A DNA stretch of 64,000 bases from Balanoglossus misakiensis. Taxonomy: Eukaryota; Animalia; Hemichordata. Positions 12,401 to 25,381 of this stretch are shown piece by piece (positions within the stretch are counted from its first letter, which is position 1; each line of letters opens with the position of its first letter). The stretch lies in NCBI GenBank assembly GCA_040954595.2, contig CM082576.2:3384760-3448759 (forward strand). Reading direction: 5' to 3'. Both the position numbers and the translations under genes were made by a program. Below the pieces are notes generated by a model. The model was not told the origin of the DNA. It saw only the letters and a program-made list of their open reading frames with translations, and did not search any database.

Positions 12401-14372
12401 AGGTGGACCCAGTCAAAGCCAGGGCCGTCCACCTGGCTACAATATTCCTGATGGGGGTGGCTGCCGCATTGGACATCAACAGTACATGTGGATATCCTTT
12501 CCGGATGGAGGATGGATTTCCCTGGAAGTTCTTTGATGGCAAACTCTTCCACTGGAAGTATCTGTGGGCCAAGGAAGGTTACAGTCAGAGTGACAAGGGA
12601 ATTGAACTCCTCTGTGATCACAACGTGAGTATTTCAGAGTTTTCACGCTGACCTGATTGTAAGGAAATATGAAATTAATTTACAGAGAGAGAGAGAGAGA
12701 GAGAGTATTGCTCTTAATGTAATACAAATAACCATTCTCAACAACTGATAATGAGCAGTCATGTTCCTCTACCTAAAGGTAACTGTAGAGGGCATAACTG
12801 AGCAGCTCAGCCACAGTTGCTCTTTTCAGTTTTATTCAGTGAATGTTTCATTTGGCATTGGATTTGACCTCATCCAAATTGCATGTTGATGAAATAATGG
12901 CAGAGATTGGTTTCACTCCATTAACAAGCCGTGAGTGTAAAATTGCACCGTGCATTCATCATTTAATGAAGGAAAACGAGCCCTAATGCATGATATTATC
13001 TGTGAACATAATGGAAACACCTGACGTGCAAGTGCTTTTTGAGAACAGCTCAATTTGTGAAGTCACTGGAAAGTTGCCATGGCAACCAGAGGATATGAAC
13101 ACTCTCACTGTGAAAGCAGTCACCACTTTGAAAAAAAACCCCAGGAAACAGTCATAAATTTTCAATACCATTACAGTGGTGTTTTTTTTTTATTGACGTG
13201 AATTCATTTGTCGCCGTTCAAAAGCTGAGTGGACTGCAAGCCCCATCCGCAATAAATATCATTTGCAAGGGGCTATCAATGGATTGAACACAGAAAGTGA
13301 AACCTTTACTGATTAAAAAATAAATTATTCACAAATTTTCACCGTTCTTTCAACTAATAGGATTGTCTTTCTTCCCTATAAATCATCTCAGTGAAAAGTG
13401 CCATGGTTCTCAATCAAAACACTGTTGTCATGACTACTGTAACATTAGGATAGTTTATTCTCTCTCTCTCTCTTCCTGCTGTGCTATTTTATACACTGTT
13501 TAGCGACCAGATGGAGTGGCGATTACTCCTAATATGCTCTGAAGGTCATGAACTTTTTTCTGGGCATGTTGCGTTCACTGAAACTTGATTTATTTAACGA
13601 GAGGTCCTTAGAAACGAGTTACGTACTCCTGACAGTCAACATGAAAGTGCATTCGGACCCATTCTGGTTGTTCTGAAAATGGAACGCTTTGACTCCATGA
13701 CCTCATTTTGTGATGTGAAAAGGCTTTGACCGAGTCGTTTGCTTTTAACTTAGACAGCCTTTTTGAATGATTGATGAGTCTGGTTTTCATAGCCATATAT
13801 ACGTTATTTATCTTCTGAAACTGATATTTAAACTATTAAGATTTTTGATTCTGTGACGGCTGTCTATGACGTCAAGAACTTCTATAACCTAGGTTTTACC
13901 ATTACAGAATTCATGAAGAACAGAAAATGGGAAAAAAAATCTACAGCTTTGTTTTAGACTGTCAATATAAAGTCGCTTTTTATCCTCTTGTGTTCAAAGA
14001 CACTTCAATTGTCCATTTATACATATCCCATAATTTTCATCAAATATCAAATGTAGCATTCTTGAATTTTTTTTTACATACAGCGATATTTGGATCCTCA
14101 ATTCCTGGAAGACACAATCGACTGGCAAGTCCAGACTTGTCATTTATACTTATTTATGATCTCGTTTTAATACTCAGGATGAGGCAAAAAGACTATTTAC
14201 ACAGTTGAAGAAAGCGATCGTGGAAGGAAGTCGGATGGAGAAGACAAAACCTCTGCTGCCAGCGCTGGATTCAGAAGAAAGCGCACCACAGCAGAACGAA
14301 TCTCCAACCTCAGAAGATGAAGACGCAGCACAAGAGGATGAGTCTGCTCCGTGTCAAGACGAACAGAAATAA
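9471..14372 (+). CDS. FAM120B: FAM120B-like PIN/FEN1-family nuclease (constitutive coactivator of PPAR-gamma / SAN1-like), about 1020 aa; exons 9471-11844, 11957-12228, 12403-12624, 14178-14372
   Basis: The N-terminus MGVKGLHVYIE...FDGLS...HGGQW...FIFDG...EADLEIA...GIDTD...LLGND is a FAM120/Asteroid PIN-like domain with its acidic motifs intact. The C-terminal region has PTLEELW and FPWKFFDGKLFH. All junctions are GT-AG and in frame (3063 nt total). Assignment to FAM120B rather than FAM120A/C rests on size, architecture and the large first coding exon. Confidence 0.85.
11100..11690 (+). repeat. Coding low-complexity CAG/CAA/CAT repeat region (poly-Gln with a poly-His run)
   Basis: Translates as QQQQQQRQ...HHQQQQQHQQYNQQYQQSQHQRQQQQRHYHHHHQHHHRKQHQHQQQHQQKQHQQYQQQQNQ inside the long ORF. 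Confidence 0.9.
12683..12705. repeat. (GA)n microsatellite
   Basis: agagagagagagagagagagag in a FAM120B intron. Confidence 0.9.
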
Positions 14373-17300
14373 ACTGTGATCCAAGGACATCTACAGTGAA
14401 GTTTTGTATGATAGGTTGACTATTACAATCAAAGATTGTATGATTAAAGAAACTGAAGGTCACCAGATATCATTAAATGCCATTCACAACCTCATCAAGA
14501 TCAAACTTTCACACTTGCCATCAAAAGAAGTGTTTGACACCTTTTGAACAGGCAGGATGAATGAAAAGGTTGTTTTTTTTCTGTGAAAAAAAAATACACA
14601 GTACCGGTAAACACTTTATGCCAAAAGGAGTTATTCTTTCATCATGGTCTGCCACAATGTGTCTAGTATTTTCCTGTATTAGCAGCTACTTCACTGCTCA
14701 GAGAATTTATGTGCAATGTCAAAAGCCTGAAAAACACACACAGACGCGCGTGCACACACACACACAACTCACTCAGTTGAATCAACTAAAATAGGCTCTG
14801 CAGTACATTGGCGACAAAAAATATCACAATTGTGATTTCAGTGAACCATTTAAAAATACAACTGAAATCAGTCATCTCTACATGGTTTTTCCATGTAAAT
14901 TCATGTTGTGCAGTTAATTTATTACCACGCCACCTGCAAGAGCTGTAAAAAATGTGCAGCTCAACAAACAGTCACGTCATGAACGTAAAGCTCCTCAAAC
15001 TGGTTGCCCATGGAAACAAGTGTGTTGTACCTGTTATGAAAGGGCTCAATAATTCACCCCCTTTATTCTGCTGGTATTTTTATGCATGGCAATATTGCTG
15101 GTTGTGTAGTATTTCCAAGAACTGAGGATATAGATACTGGAGCATGATATGCATACCAACATTCACTCTTTTTTTGCTTATCCCAAGATTCCATGCTTTG
15201 AGTTCTGCATACATGTATACCAATGAGGAAGGTGTCTCTATGATTTATGGCCGATCAAGTAAATATCATTAGTGGTACTCCTCTTGTCTGTCACCATGCT
15301 TAATTAGGAGCTAATTACATGTCCCTATTGGGTAATTTGATATCTCCCAGGTTATGAAGCCACACATTAATTATTAAGTCGCCGCTCCCACCAATATGCA
15401 TCTGTGCAGTTGTGAATGAACAAACTGCTGTTTTGTTACCTCCAAAATTCTTTTGAGACTGCTATCATCGTGGGTACTAATATGTGTAATATTGTCATTG
15501 CAAGATAGTGACAAAAAAACATCAGTTCAATAAATGGACTTTGACCACAGCTTTTGCAAATCTCATTAGGTAAGGTGACCCGTACTCCAGCTAATTTAAA
15601 GCAGTTTGATGTCGTTAAGCAGTTTGATGCAGAGGCTTGCAGCCAGCTATCAGCAAAGCTCCATCACCGAGATAAATCTCTGATACAGTGACTTCAGAAA
15701 TATGAGATCTTCAACACCTGGTTGTAGTTGCTGAGCTTTTAACTGGGACATTAAGTTCTTGATATCTAATCCCTGTATCTCAATATCTTAATGCTTATTA
15801 TCTCATTGACGGGTAAGGGAACACATTGCTATGAATTGGTATCACAATTCTGGGGAGACAAAAATTATAATCTGTTTTGGATAGAGTGATCAGCTGTGAT
15901 AAAGGAGAGGAAAATACAATGGTGTGGCCAAGCTTGCATAACTAGTTTGTAAAATCGTTCATTTCAAGAAAAAACTCCCCTTTTGAAAACTTAAGATTTG
16001 ATTTTCAGTGCAAAGCACACCAACTTGCCATTTACAAGGTGCATGATGTCATCAGGAGACAAGACCATTGCAGTGTTTCTGTCACAGTACTTATCTCATT
16101 CCCAAAGTGCAAAGCCCTGACCTACTTCTGTTCTGCAGTTTTTAACGAGTCTCTGGAGTGTCTACTCGGCCAAATGATGTGTTCAGATACCAGTAACTGA
16201 TGTAATGAGTCTAATTGGAGAAAATGTCAGTCATTTTCAGAACTATAGCTGCTGTACAAGCTAGTGGAGGGGGAGGGGGAAAGCTGTCAAGATTCTATTC
16301 CCACCTTGTGCCTGGCATACTGAACTTTCAAATCTTATACTTGAAGTTGAACAGTGAACATGGCGAAACTACAATGACCAGGCATTGTTGGCTATGACGT
16401 TGAGACGTAGAGCCGATGCAAATGTCAAGAACATTTGAAATATACCATTGACATTTATAGTTATACCATCTAAAATGACTAATTAGACATCAAATCTTGT
16501 GCCTTCAGTACAAGTGGGTATCTGACTGTCAACAGAGTAGATTTTGATCTGTTGTGACTTCAGAAAACACAGCTAGCTACAACACTGTTAATGTTTGCTA
16601 CCTTTAACTGACATGGCATTTACACAGGTACATTGCAAAACGCAGTCACTGTGACATTTAATCCATGTGCTCATGTATGGATGCCGATATTAGGACAGTT
16701 AACCCGTGGGTACAAATTACTTGCTATCATTGAATGTAGAAGGGAACCAGCTGTTTGTGGACCCTGTTATTTTACTGTCAAGCAGGACATGTGCAAGGTT
16801 TCCCGCAAGAAAAAAATTCTGGCAAGAAAATCAAGATTAGATACATAAATCTAGCTTTTGTTTTTTTAAGCACATAATCTGAAGTGTGATACACTACATG
16901 CACCATTTTGTCACCAAGTCTGCCTTTTTTCCATTCCCTGGTTTGAACGCCAGCAAACTTCCAGATCATCAAGTTCACATCATATTCGTATATGAACTCA
17001 TGATTTTTGTTTTCAGAATTTTATCCTGATCTCAGCACTCCATTTTGCATTCATGACCTGACCCAGCTTCAGTCTCAGGAAATCTTGTAAAATTAATTTT
17101 CATTTATTAAATTTATTGAAGATATCACCTTGGCACGGAAATGCAACCAAATATAGGAAAGCAAAATAGCATCTCCTACTAAAGCTTAATAGCATTTGTA
17201 TGTCTGCGTTGAATGTTTAGTCATGTAAGTAATTTATCTATCCAGGTTCCAGCAACATTGGGTGATTTGCATAAAAATCTAGGTCAGCAACCTAAATCTA

Positions 17301-18490
17301 TTTGTTTTATCTAGGCTTGTGAGTGGATTGAAACCATAAAATAGACCGGATCATATTGCACTTTCTATATCTCTGGAAATTTATGTTTTTTATTTAAAAA
17401 TGCCCCATGGTTAGGGATAAATTGACATTAAGCCAATATTGCTCGAAAATTTAGGTGTTTTTTTTCAAGTGTCCGCACACGCCACTGTACTTAATACCTA
17501 TCAGAGATGAAGTATTACTGAGCCATGCTTCCTCCTAGTGAAATGTACCATACATCATCTACTACCAGATGCATGTGTGCACAAACCCCGTTGCTGTGTA
17601 CACCAAATGGCCTCGAGATGGCGCTATGACTAACTTTCCACTCTACCATGCCAAGGCATGGCTGGGTCCCATCTGCATATTTGTGCTTCATTCTGCACCA
17701 TTTAAATCAGAGCAGTATCGTTCTCAAGGAATCTTGAGTTTGTTCATGTGTTCATTTGGGTTTCTCACAACAACCTTTTTCACCTCCAAACCCATTGTTT
17801 TCTATGGTAAGATTGGACCTCACATTCACACTCCACAAATATTTGTACAAAAGGTGATTGTTGTATGGTTTGAATATTTTTTTAATTTCGGATTCTATGC
17901 ATTTTATGTAGAAAAGTTTACATGCAAACAGACATTTTCTGAAGGAACTAACATGACAATGGTGGGAAAAATATTTACTGTTCCTAATGCAGCCATCTTG
18001 TTATTTTATCTCATCAATATTGTTATTGAAAAAGTTTGGGAGAAATAATCTTATTTCAGAAAAAAATTCTAATTCACAGTGTCATGATTGGTAACTGATA
18101 CTAAAGAGTTACGAGTGAATCATGAGTTTTGTTGGTTCCTCAGGCGACTAGATCTTGCCCAGTGTAACATAAAGTAACTGTCACTTTGCAATCGTGCAGT
18201 ACAAAGCCATGAAGAAACCACCAATTACAAAGTCTGACTGTAGAGGGCGTTGTGTACCACATAAGTTGAACAGCCATAGGAGTTTCATTCACACTTGATG
18301 GAAAGATACTATACGCGGAAATCTTGGATTATTGCTCTTACAACCATCACTAAATTTTGTATCTCTGTCCGTGGGATATTGTTGTAGCTTGTACCCAGTA
18401 CATACTGAATCAGAAAAACCCATTTCGTCATCGAGCTTTCTGTGAGGGTTAGTTTTCCATGAAGTCCCATTTTTTAGACAAATGACATGT

Positions 18491-20582
18491 CTATCTGTTC
18501 CCGCCAAATAGTCCTTTCGTAAATCCTCCACTCAATGGAGTCTGTGGCTTCTGGATTTCTGACTGTCTTTGAGAATACTCCTCCTGTACAGAAATAAGAA
18601 CACATAGTAAAATGAGATATGTGCATGTATGTACCGGTATGTTACACTAGGAGAGATCAAAATACATGTATTAGCTCACATTTCTCTGCTCTCATAGTTA
18701 ACACCTCATCTGTTAGGGTTTATCAGATACGTACGCATATACAACTATGTATGCAGGTATTTAGCCACTCACCTGTAATCTGGCCTGGTTTCTCTTGAAA
18801 GCTTCCACTGGGTCATCTTCAAGTCTGTAATGTTCCAGCACTGTCCTCACATCCTCCACTCCGGACGTAGCAATGGCTGAAGTTTTTATGCAAAAACACA
18901 GACAAAATTTTCAGTTGAAGAGTAAAATTACCACGGCAGGTTATGTCCATTTTTTCACAAATCTCACCTGCAAACCCTAGTAGAAATGTCAACTGAAATT
19001 TGTAGATGTTACACTTCAAATCTACGCAACAATTTTTCGTGACCATCCACAGACTGCAATAAACCTGCCCGTGGTACTTACTTCGTAAGAAGACAGCTAG
19101 ATCAAAGAGTGCTCGGTCATCGTCATTGCCTTCCCAGGGTTTCAATCCTACTGCGTTGTTTGGGTGGAGTTGGAACGACTTCTTGTTGCAGTCGACGATG
19201 ATTATTTTGGCAAGCTCTCGGTTGAGGCTGGACAAGTCCTGCAAAATGAAAACAAAAAAAAACCCAGATGATTCATGATCTATGATCACTTCTGGATCAA
19301 GTATCTGAACGGTGACCTGTTATGTGACCTCCCCTTTTTCAGAAATCATTTTGATGCTGACCTTGACATGATGACCGTCCATATACTTTGTGGCATCTCT
19401 GAAAAGTCTGTATGTGATGTAACCATTGGGATCTAACTTGTCCACCAGTGGGTAGCCACTCTGTAAAACAATGCAGAGACAATTCGGGGATGGATTGAGT
19501 CATTCAGAACAAATACAGAATAATTGCAAAAAACATCTTCATTGTACTTGTTGAACTTTATTTTCTTCCTGGAAATTTTTAACTTGAATTTTTCCTGTGT
19601 TCGAACCCAACTTACCAAGCTCTGTTCTTCTGTATAGAGTACAACTTCAAACAGTGGTGGTCCTACTTGGGAGAGAAAGAAGTCGACGCCTGGTCTCTTC
19701 TTGAACCGCCAGCCTGTGCCATACTGCAAGGACAACAAACAGAGCATCTCTGAGAAATGTGTATATCTTCAGTTCAAACTTTCTACAGAATTACATAAAA
19801 TGAAAACCCAATATTTTCATCGGTTTTCAACAGTTCAGCATCAATAATGCCTAGAAACAGTGAACAGAACTCACCGTCCATTCCGGATGTACTAACACAT
19901 TTTTCATTTCTAAGACTAATGTGTACGGTGGTTGGTAGAAAGGTGGTTTCACGGGGTCTGGCAGTAACTTTTCCGCTGTCGGCTCAATTATCATCTGTGG
20001 GGGAAAAAATCAGGTTGCTATTGTTCAGATTCCCAATGAAACAATCAAACTCTGAGACCTTCAACAGGGTTTCTTAGCTTGGAAAATATCTTGTTCAGTC
20101 TCTCTGACATTTACCATACAAAATATGTCTTTGTGGTCTAACATGAACCTGAAAATTTCACTTTGTTAGGATTATACTCACAGTTCTGTAATTACGACAC
20201 CATTTGATTGTTCTCTGGAGGTACGCCAAAGCAACAAACTTATCATCAAATTCATCTGCTATCTGAAAGAAGGCAAACCATACACAATCACAAGTTGATC
20301 AGAAATGTTCACGTTTGTAAATGAAAGTGCACGTTTATGTATTAAACTAAGCCTTTGTCATAATAGTTCCCAGGCAGATAATTCCTCACATTAATGCAGA
20401 GTGTACCTGACTATGCAATAACGACTATGTGAGATCACTGCTTAGACGGAACAAAAACATCCTCCAGATCCATAAAGTGTTAAATTTCTTACCCGGTTTC
20501 CCAGTTCGTCTGTTGGTGGTTCACCTGTTAATAAGAAAATAAAGACAATACAATTTATTTATTTATTTATTTATGTTATAAC

Positions 20583-20637
<55 letters not shown>

Positions 20638-21188
20638 GATCTGGAAAAAGGGGAGAACCATTTGATTTCGGGGGGGGGTGGAGGATTTAATGGGAAAAAT
20701 GTTAGCAGATGTTCATAATTATGTACAGGTGTGTGTGTACAACTGACAACTGTCCTGCAAACATTCTGGCCATGCAACTTTGCATCATCACATCACTAAA
20801 TCATCTCACCGAACTCAATGACAGCTACGACAGCGGCAAGGCCAAGGGACCCAAATGTTATGATAAAAGCCCACTTCTGTGCTTTTGCAAAGCCAGTTTT
20901 TCCTTTCTTTTTCTTTTCCTCTTCTTCTTTCTGTTTCTCCTTTAGTTTTTCTTCGGCCTCTTTCATCATCGAGCCCAAAGGCTGATAGCTGTGCCCCGTC
21001 GTGTTAGCTGTTGCGCCATCGCCCTGAGACGAGGAATACAATCGCGAATGAAGGCTCGGGCCATTTATAGCAATGAAGTTCACAGAGCTAGGAAATGTAA
21101 CACATGGCCTGAGCGCGGCCGAACTTCGCTGCAGTACGCGAAAATAATTTGCACATGGCCCAGGTAACATTCTCCTGATCGCTGCCAT
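18491..21188 (-). CDS. TIMM50: Mitochondrial import inner membrane translocase subunit TIM50, about 390 aa; exons 21188-20810, 20524-20493, 20262-20182, 19994-19875, 19723-19616, 19460-19362, 19238-19082, 18876-18773, 18583-18491
   Basis: An Arg-rich presequence (MAAIRRMLP...) and a transmembrane segment ([19 protein letters not shown]) precede [63 protein letters not shown] and [12 protein letters not shown]. All junctions are GT-AG and in frame (1173 nt). Confidence 0.95.
20583..20640. repeat. (GAT)n microsatellite
   Basis: About 19 GAT units with one GGT variant, in TIMM50 intron 1. Confidence 0.95.
20650..20690. mobile_element. Solo terminal fragment of the Harbinger-like MITE family
   Basis: GGGGAGAACCATTTGATTTCGGGGGGGGGTGGAGGATTT matches the left end of 9207-9386. 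No partner terminal repeat was found. Confidence 0.65.
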
Positions 21189-21775
21189 ATTGGACTATAC
21201 CATTTAACACAGCAGGTGTTAGAAATACGTAGCATAGAAGCGTACAGAATTACATGGCTGGAAATTGCTTAGCTTGTACTTCCCATCTTTAAGCAATCAC
21301 GTACTTTGTTGTCAAATCTCGGAATGAACGGAAATAAAGTACTGCTGGGACACTTGCAGTTCTCCCGACGATGTACCAGTATATTTCTGCAATGGTTTTG
21401 TCCGTATCGTACAAATTGAACATTGAAGGGCGCCCTCACTACATGCACTACGTTATAATATCCTGTGTTAAAAGTTAACGTTTTTTTAACAGTCCTGTTC
21501 AAATAGCAGTTAGAATTTGAATTTGCCGTAAAATGTTTTCTGCATTGATAAGTCAATAGGAATGTGGTGGTGATCACGTTATCATGGACATAGCCTAATT
21601 GTTAAAACTTAAAAAGTTACATAAAATGCAGCCCACAGGGGTTCAAGATTAATTCAACATCACAGACCACAGTGGTTGGTATCAAGTTTCATGTAGTTTA
21701 TTTCATAAAAAAGGTGGATTACTGCAAGAGCAGTTGTCACTTCAGCACTGCCCTAAGTGTCTGCATGTTTCTTCG

Positions 21776-24417
21776 CTACTCAAGCCCGACCATTTCAGCA
21801 CTCACTTCCCAAAGTTTCTTGGCGACGCCATCATCTCTTGCCTTGGCTGATGGCGTTTTTGGAGAACAGTCACTGAAAACGAAAATCAACACAAGTGATT
21901 TGAAACATAATTAAATACCACATAAATGTAGAAATACATCAAACTTCTTGAAGGTCAATATGGCATAGTTTTTTTGACATAAACCATAACAGTCAATACT
22001 CAAAGCGGCAGTATATACCGGTATACAGCAGTTATCTTAATTTCTACACCTTCTGTTCCTCCACCACCAACATAATATTCACCCCTTCACCACCATGGTT
22101 CTCAATGGTAAGGGTGGACCTCTATACTGGGAAATGGGGGTGAAAGGGTATAAGGATCATGGTGTGCACACTTAAGGTACTCAGCAGTTGTGACAGAGAT
22201 TTTGTTCAACACTAGATGGTTTACCTGAAGTAGAGTCCAGACACTTTCTCCAGTTCTTTAGCTACGGCACAGTGGATGCTGGTCTGGGCCCCGTCTTTAG
22301 GGGTTTTGATAAACAACTTAATAATAGGGTAAAACACAGTATTCATGACCAATAACAGAGGTGCTGGGAGGTGCCTACTCAGTTCTGTGTCCACCGCTCC
22401 TGGATGTAAGGAATTGGCTGTCACGCCAGTGCCTGCAATCAAATTGTGTTTTAGACAGTCACACAAACTTTTGGGGGTTTATTAAACTCCCATACAACAT
22501 TAGCAATGTATCACTACTTTTGCACACATTACACTCTGATAGTTCATTTTCATGACACTGCATCAGGGCTCCATGAATGTTTTTCCTATGGCACGTGGAA
22601 AATCATTGCTACTGTGCAGGAGATGAGCATACTGAAAATCACAAACCTTCCAACTTTTTGCTCAGTTCACGGCTGAAGAGAATATTGGCCAGTTTGCTCT
22701 GAGCATATGCAGGTATATAGCCATAGTGTTTCTCACTGTTGAGGTCATCAAAGGCTATCTTGCCAGTCATGTGGCCAATTGAGGACACAGTGACAATCCT
22801 GCTTGGAGCCGATTTCTTCAGCAGATCAAGTAACAGGTTTGTGAGCAGAAAGTGACCTGAGAGGGACAGAAAGCATGTTGGTGGTGAATATTCTTGCTTG
22901 TCTGCATCAACCTGCATAATTACTGGTACATAATGTTCATCGTTAAAAGTGATTCCTTGTGCTTATACAGAACAGAATTGGTTTCCTCGGGTACAGGTAC
23001 GGGTAACCCCATGCATACGCCATCTCAAATCCATCCTTCATCTTACCTAGGTGATTGACCCCAAACTGCATCTCAAACCCATCCAGTGTCTTTGTGTAGG
23101 GGCAGAACATGACACCAGCATTATTCAATAGAATATCAAGTCTAGGTTCCTCTGCAATCAAAATAGTACAATCATCGAATTATTACTAGGTTACCGGTAT
23201 CCATCTCAATAGAACAGAAACCGAACATATGTGAGGCTATAAATAATTTTTGTCAGCTACAACCTCTGTTAATCTCTGCAGCAAATTCTCTCACAGATGC
23301 CAATGATGCCAGATCCAATTTCTTCACAAATATATTTGCATTGCCGGTGTCTTCTTTAATCTCATTGGCTGCCTTGCCTGCTTTCCCAAGGTCCCTGCAG
23401 GCAAGTATGACACGAGCACCTGTGGAAGGCAGACTGACACCATTATGGCACAGATACTTAAATATAGACACTAATAACGTGTAAGAAGGTATTGTGGCCA
23501 CTCGTTCAACAAATATCTGCTCTGTCTTTCCTTGGCTCTTGCATCTGAAATGATTTTGTAGTTATTACTTGCAAGGTTTCCAAAATCCAAAATAAAATTA
23601 AAATGCCCTAGCTTTCTTTTGTGTACACCCTGCCAGTACCTCTTGCTGCTAGATCCTTGGCTGTTTCTTTGCCAATTCCTGTATTGGCACCAGTGATGAT
23701 TGCGGTCTTCCCATCAAGCCTTGCTTTACTGGTACATACACCGCCTTTGAAAAATTTCCTGTCAAATTATAAAATGCAAACTTCTTTTGACAACACATCA
23801 ATCCTTTGATTCAATAAAAGTACAACCCAATTATATTTTTATAGGGTGTCATGAAAAAACTCCAGTATTTGATAAACTACATTTAAGGAGAAAACCATTT
23901 GATTTCTGGGGGTGGATGGAGGATTTTTGGAGAACAAATATTTGTTGGTTGAAGGTCAACCATGGTCTGGAGGGGAAAACAATTCTTCTGCAATTCTTTT
24001 GCTTGACTGGCAATCGAAAAGACAAAAATGCTGTAAAAGTGCTGAAAAAAATGCCGTAGAAACACAGCTGTTCCGTTGGGGGGGGGGATATGCTAATTAT
24101 GTCCGCGAGGTAATTAGCATACCCCCCACGGAAAAGCTGACATACCCAGATCCTCCGCCCCACCCCGAAATCAAATGGTTCTCCCCTTACAACAAAGTGC
24201 ACAAACTGCGTACAACAGGTACGATCAGGTACAGGGTACGATGTTCACGTTTTATGACGTAGACACCGGCCCGGCCCGTGGCTGCCATATCAGTTGGCAT
24301 GAGTCTCGCGCCCGCCTCCCCTAGTAGAGCAGACGAATATTCTTTCTACGGTAGACCTTACCTGATGCAATACAATGCCAGCAAAATAAACAACCCACTT
24401 CCTATGTACACAAGCAT
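21776..24417 (-). CDS. Retinol dehydrogenase 11/12/13/14-like SDR, paralog A, about 316 aa; exons 24417-24362, 23758-23640, 23419-23264, 23151-23047, 22856-22647, 22432-22225, 21872-21776
   Basis: Has an N-terminal hydrophobic anchor, TGANTGIG (NADP-binding), [46 protein letters not shown] and GLYFSDC. All junctions are in frame (951 nt). Confidence 0.93.
22082..22148. mobile_element. Short degenerate inverted-repeat element with CCC...GGG ends, possibly a piggyBac-like MITE remnant
   Basis: CCCCTTCACC...GGTGAAAGGG ends. The internal atggtaagggtggacct resembles atggtaagattggacct at about 17804-17820. A TTAA flank is not intact. Confidence 0.35.
23887..24186. mobile_element. MITE, PIF/Harbinger-like (same family as 9207-9386), with an internal hairpin
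   Basis: GGAGAAAACCATTTGATTTC...GAAATCAAATGGTTCTCCCC with TAA/TTA flanks. An internal inverted repeat spans about 24065-24139 (cagctgttccgt..ggggatatgctaatta / taattagcataccccccacggaaaagctg). Confidence 0.7.
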
Positions 24418-25381
24418 TTCGACAAAATGTGAATTTTCGATCTTAGTGTATGAGATCTTGGGTGGCCACACGCCTTCACTATACTGTGTGCGCTGTCAAT
24501 GCCCTAATCAATGTCCAGGTTCATAGCTAGCTAGGGAGAAACCATTTTATTTTCAGGAGTGGAAGTGTAGCGAAATGTCAAGCGAAATGGCCGGTCATTT
24601 AGCACTCAAATGCTACATTGTATAGGCTAAATGTTACAATGTAACATAATGGACGTTTTCAGCTACATGGAAATGGCATTCGAAAAAAATGTGACTGTTT
24701 ATATCAAATTTGTAATTCATTAAAAAGAAAAGAAAATTTAATATCGAAATGTTTTCAAGTTCGAAGAACCTGTCTTTGACATCGTCACTTCAATATTAGA
24801 AATAAAATGTCAGAGAACAGCAGAATTATGGTATTTTAACTTAGTTTTTATTCATGGTATTAAAAGTGAAATGTAAGTGATGTGACGTGCATGCTAGCGC
24901 AAGTGTGTTATAGGCGCCAATGATTTTCCCCTTTACATTTAATACATAGAATACATGTACATATCAAGGCATTTATAGGACCCATTTTATATGACCACAT
25001 GATATGTGTGCATCACATCAGCGTGATATTCGTAAAAATTTCCCTCTGTTTAATTTCATTCATCATGATCTCAAAAAGTAGTAAATGTAACAAAACATTA
25101 AAAAGCTCTCCACTGTCTTGGTGATCATAGAATTGGCATTTAAAATTCTTCAAAGGCAGATTGAATTTACAGTCATATCCTTGATGGCGTGACATTCATA
25201 CAACGACAGACGACAAAATCATTCCAGACTTTTCTTGATTGACTTGAAAATTCTTAATTTCTAAAAGTATTGTGTACTTTTCTCAATCATTCAATGTACA
25301 ATTGTGAAATTGAAGACCCAGCAACATATCCTCATCATGAGACCAGTTCGAAAGATGGTACTCCATGATTGGAGTGGTGCA

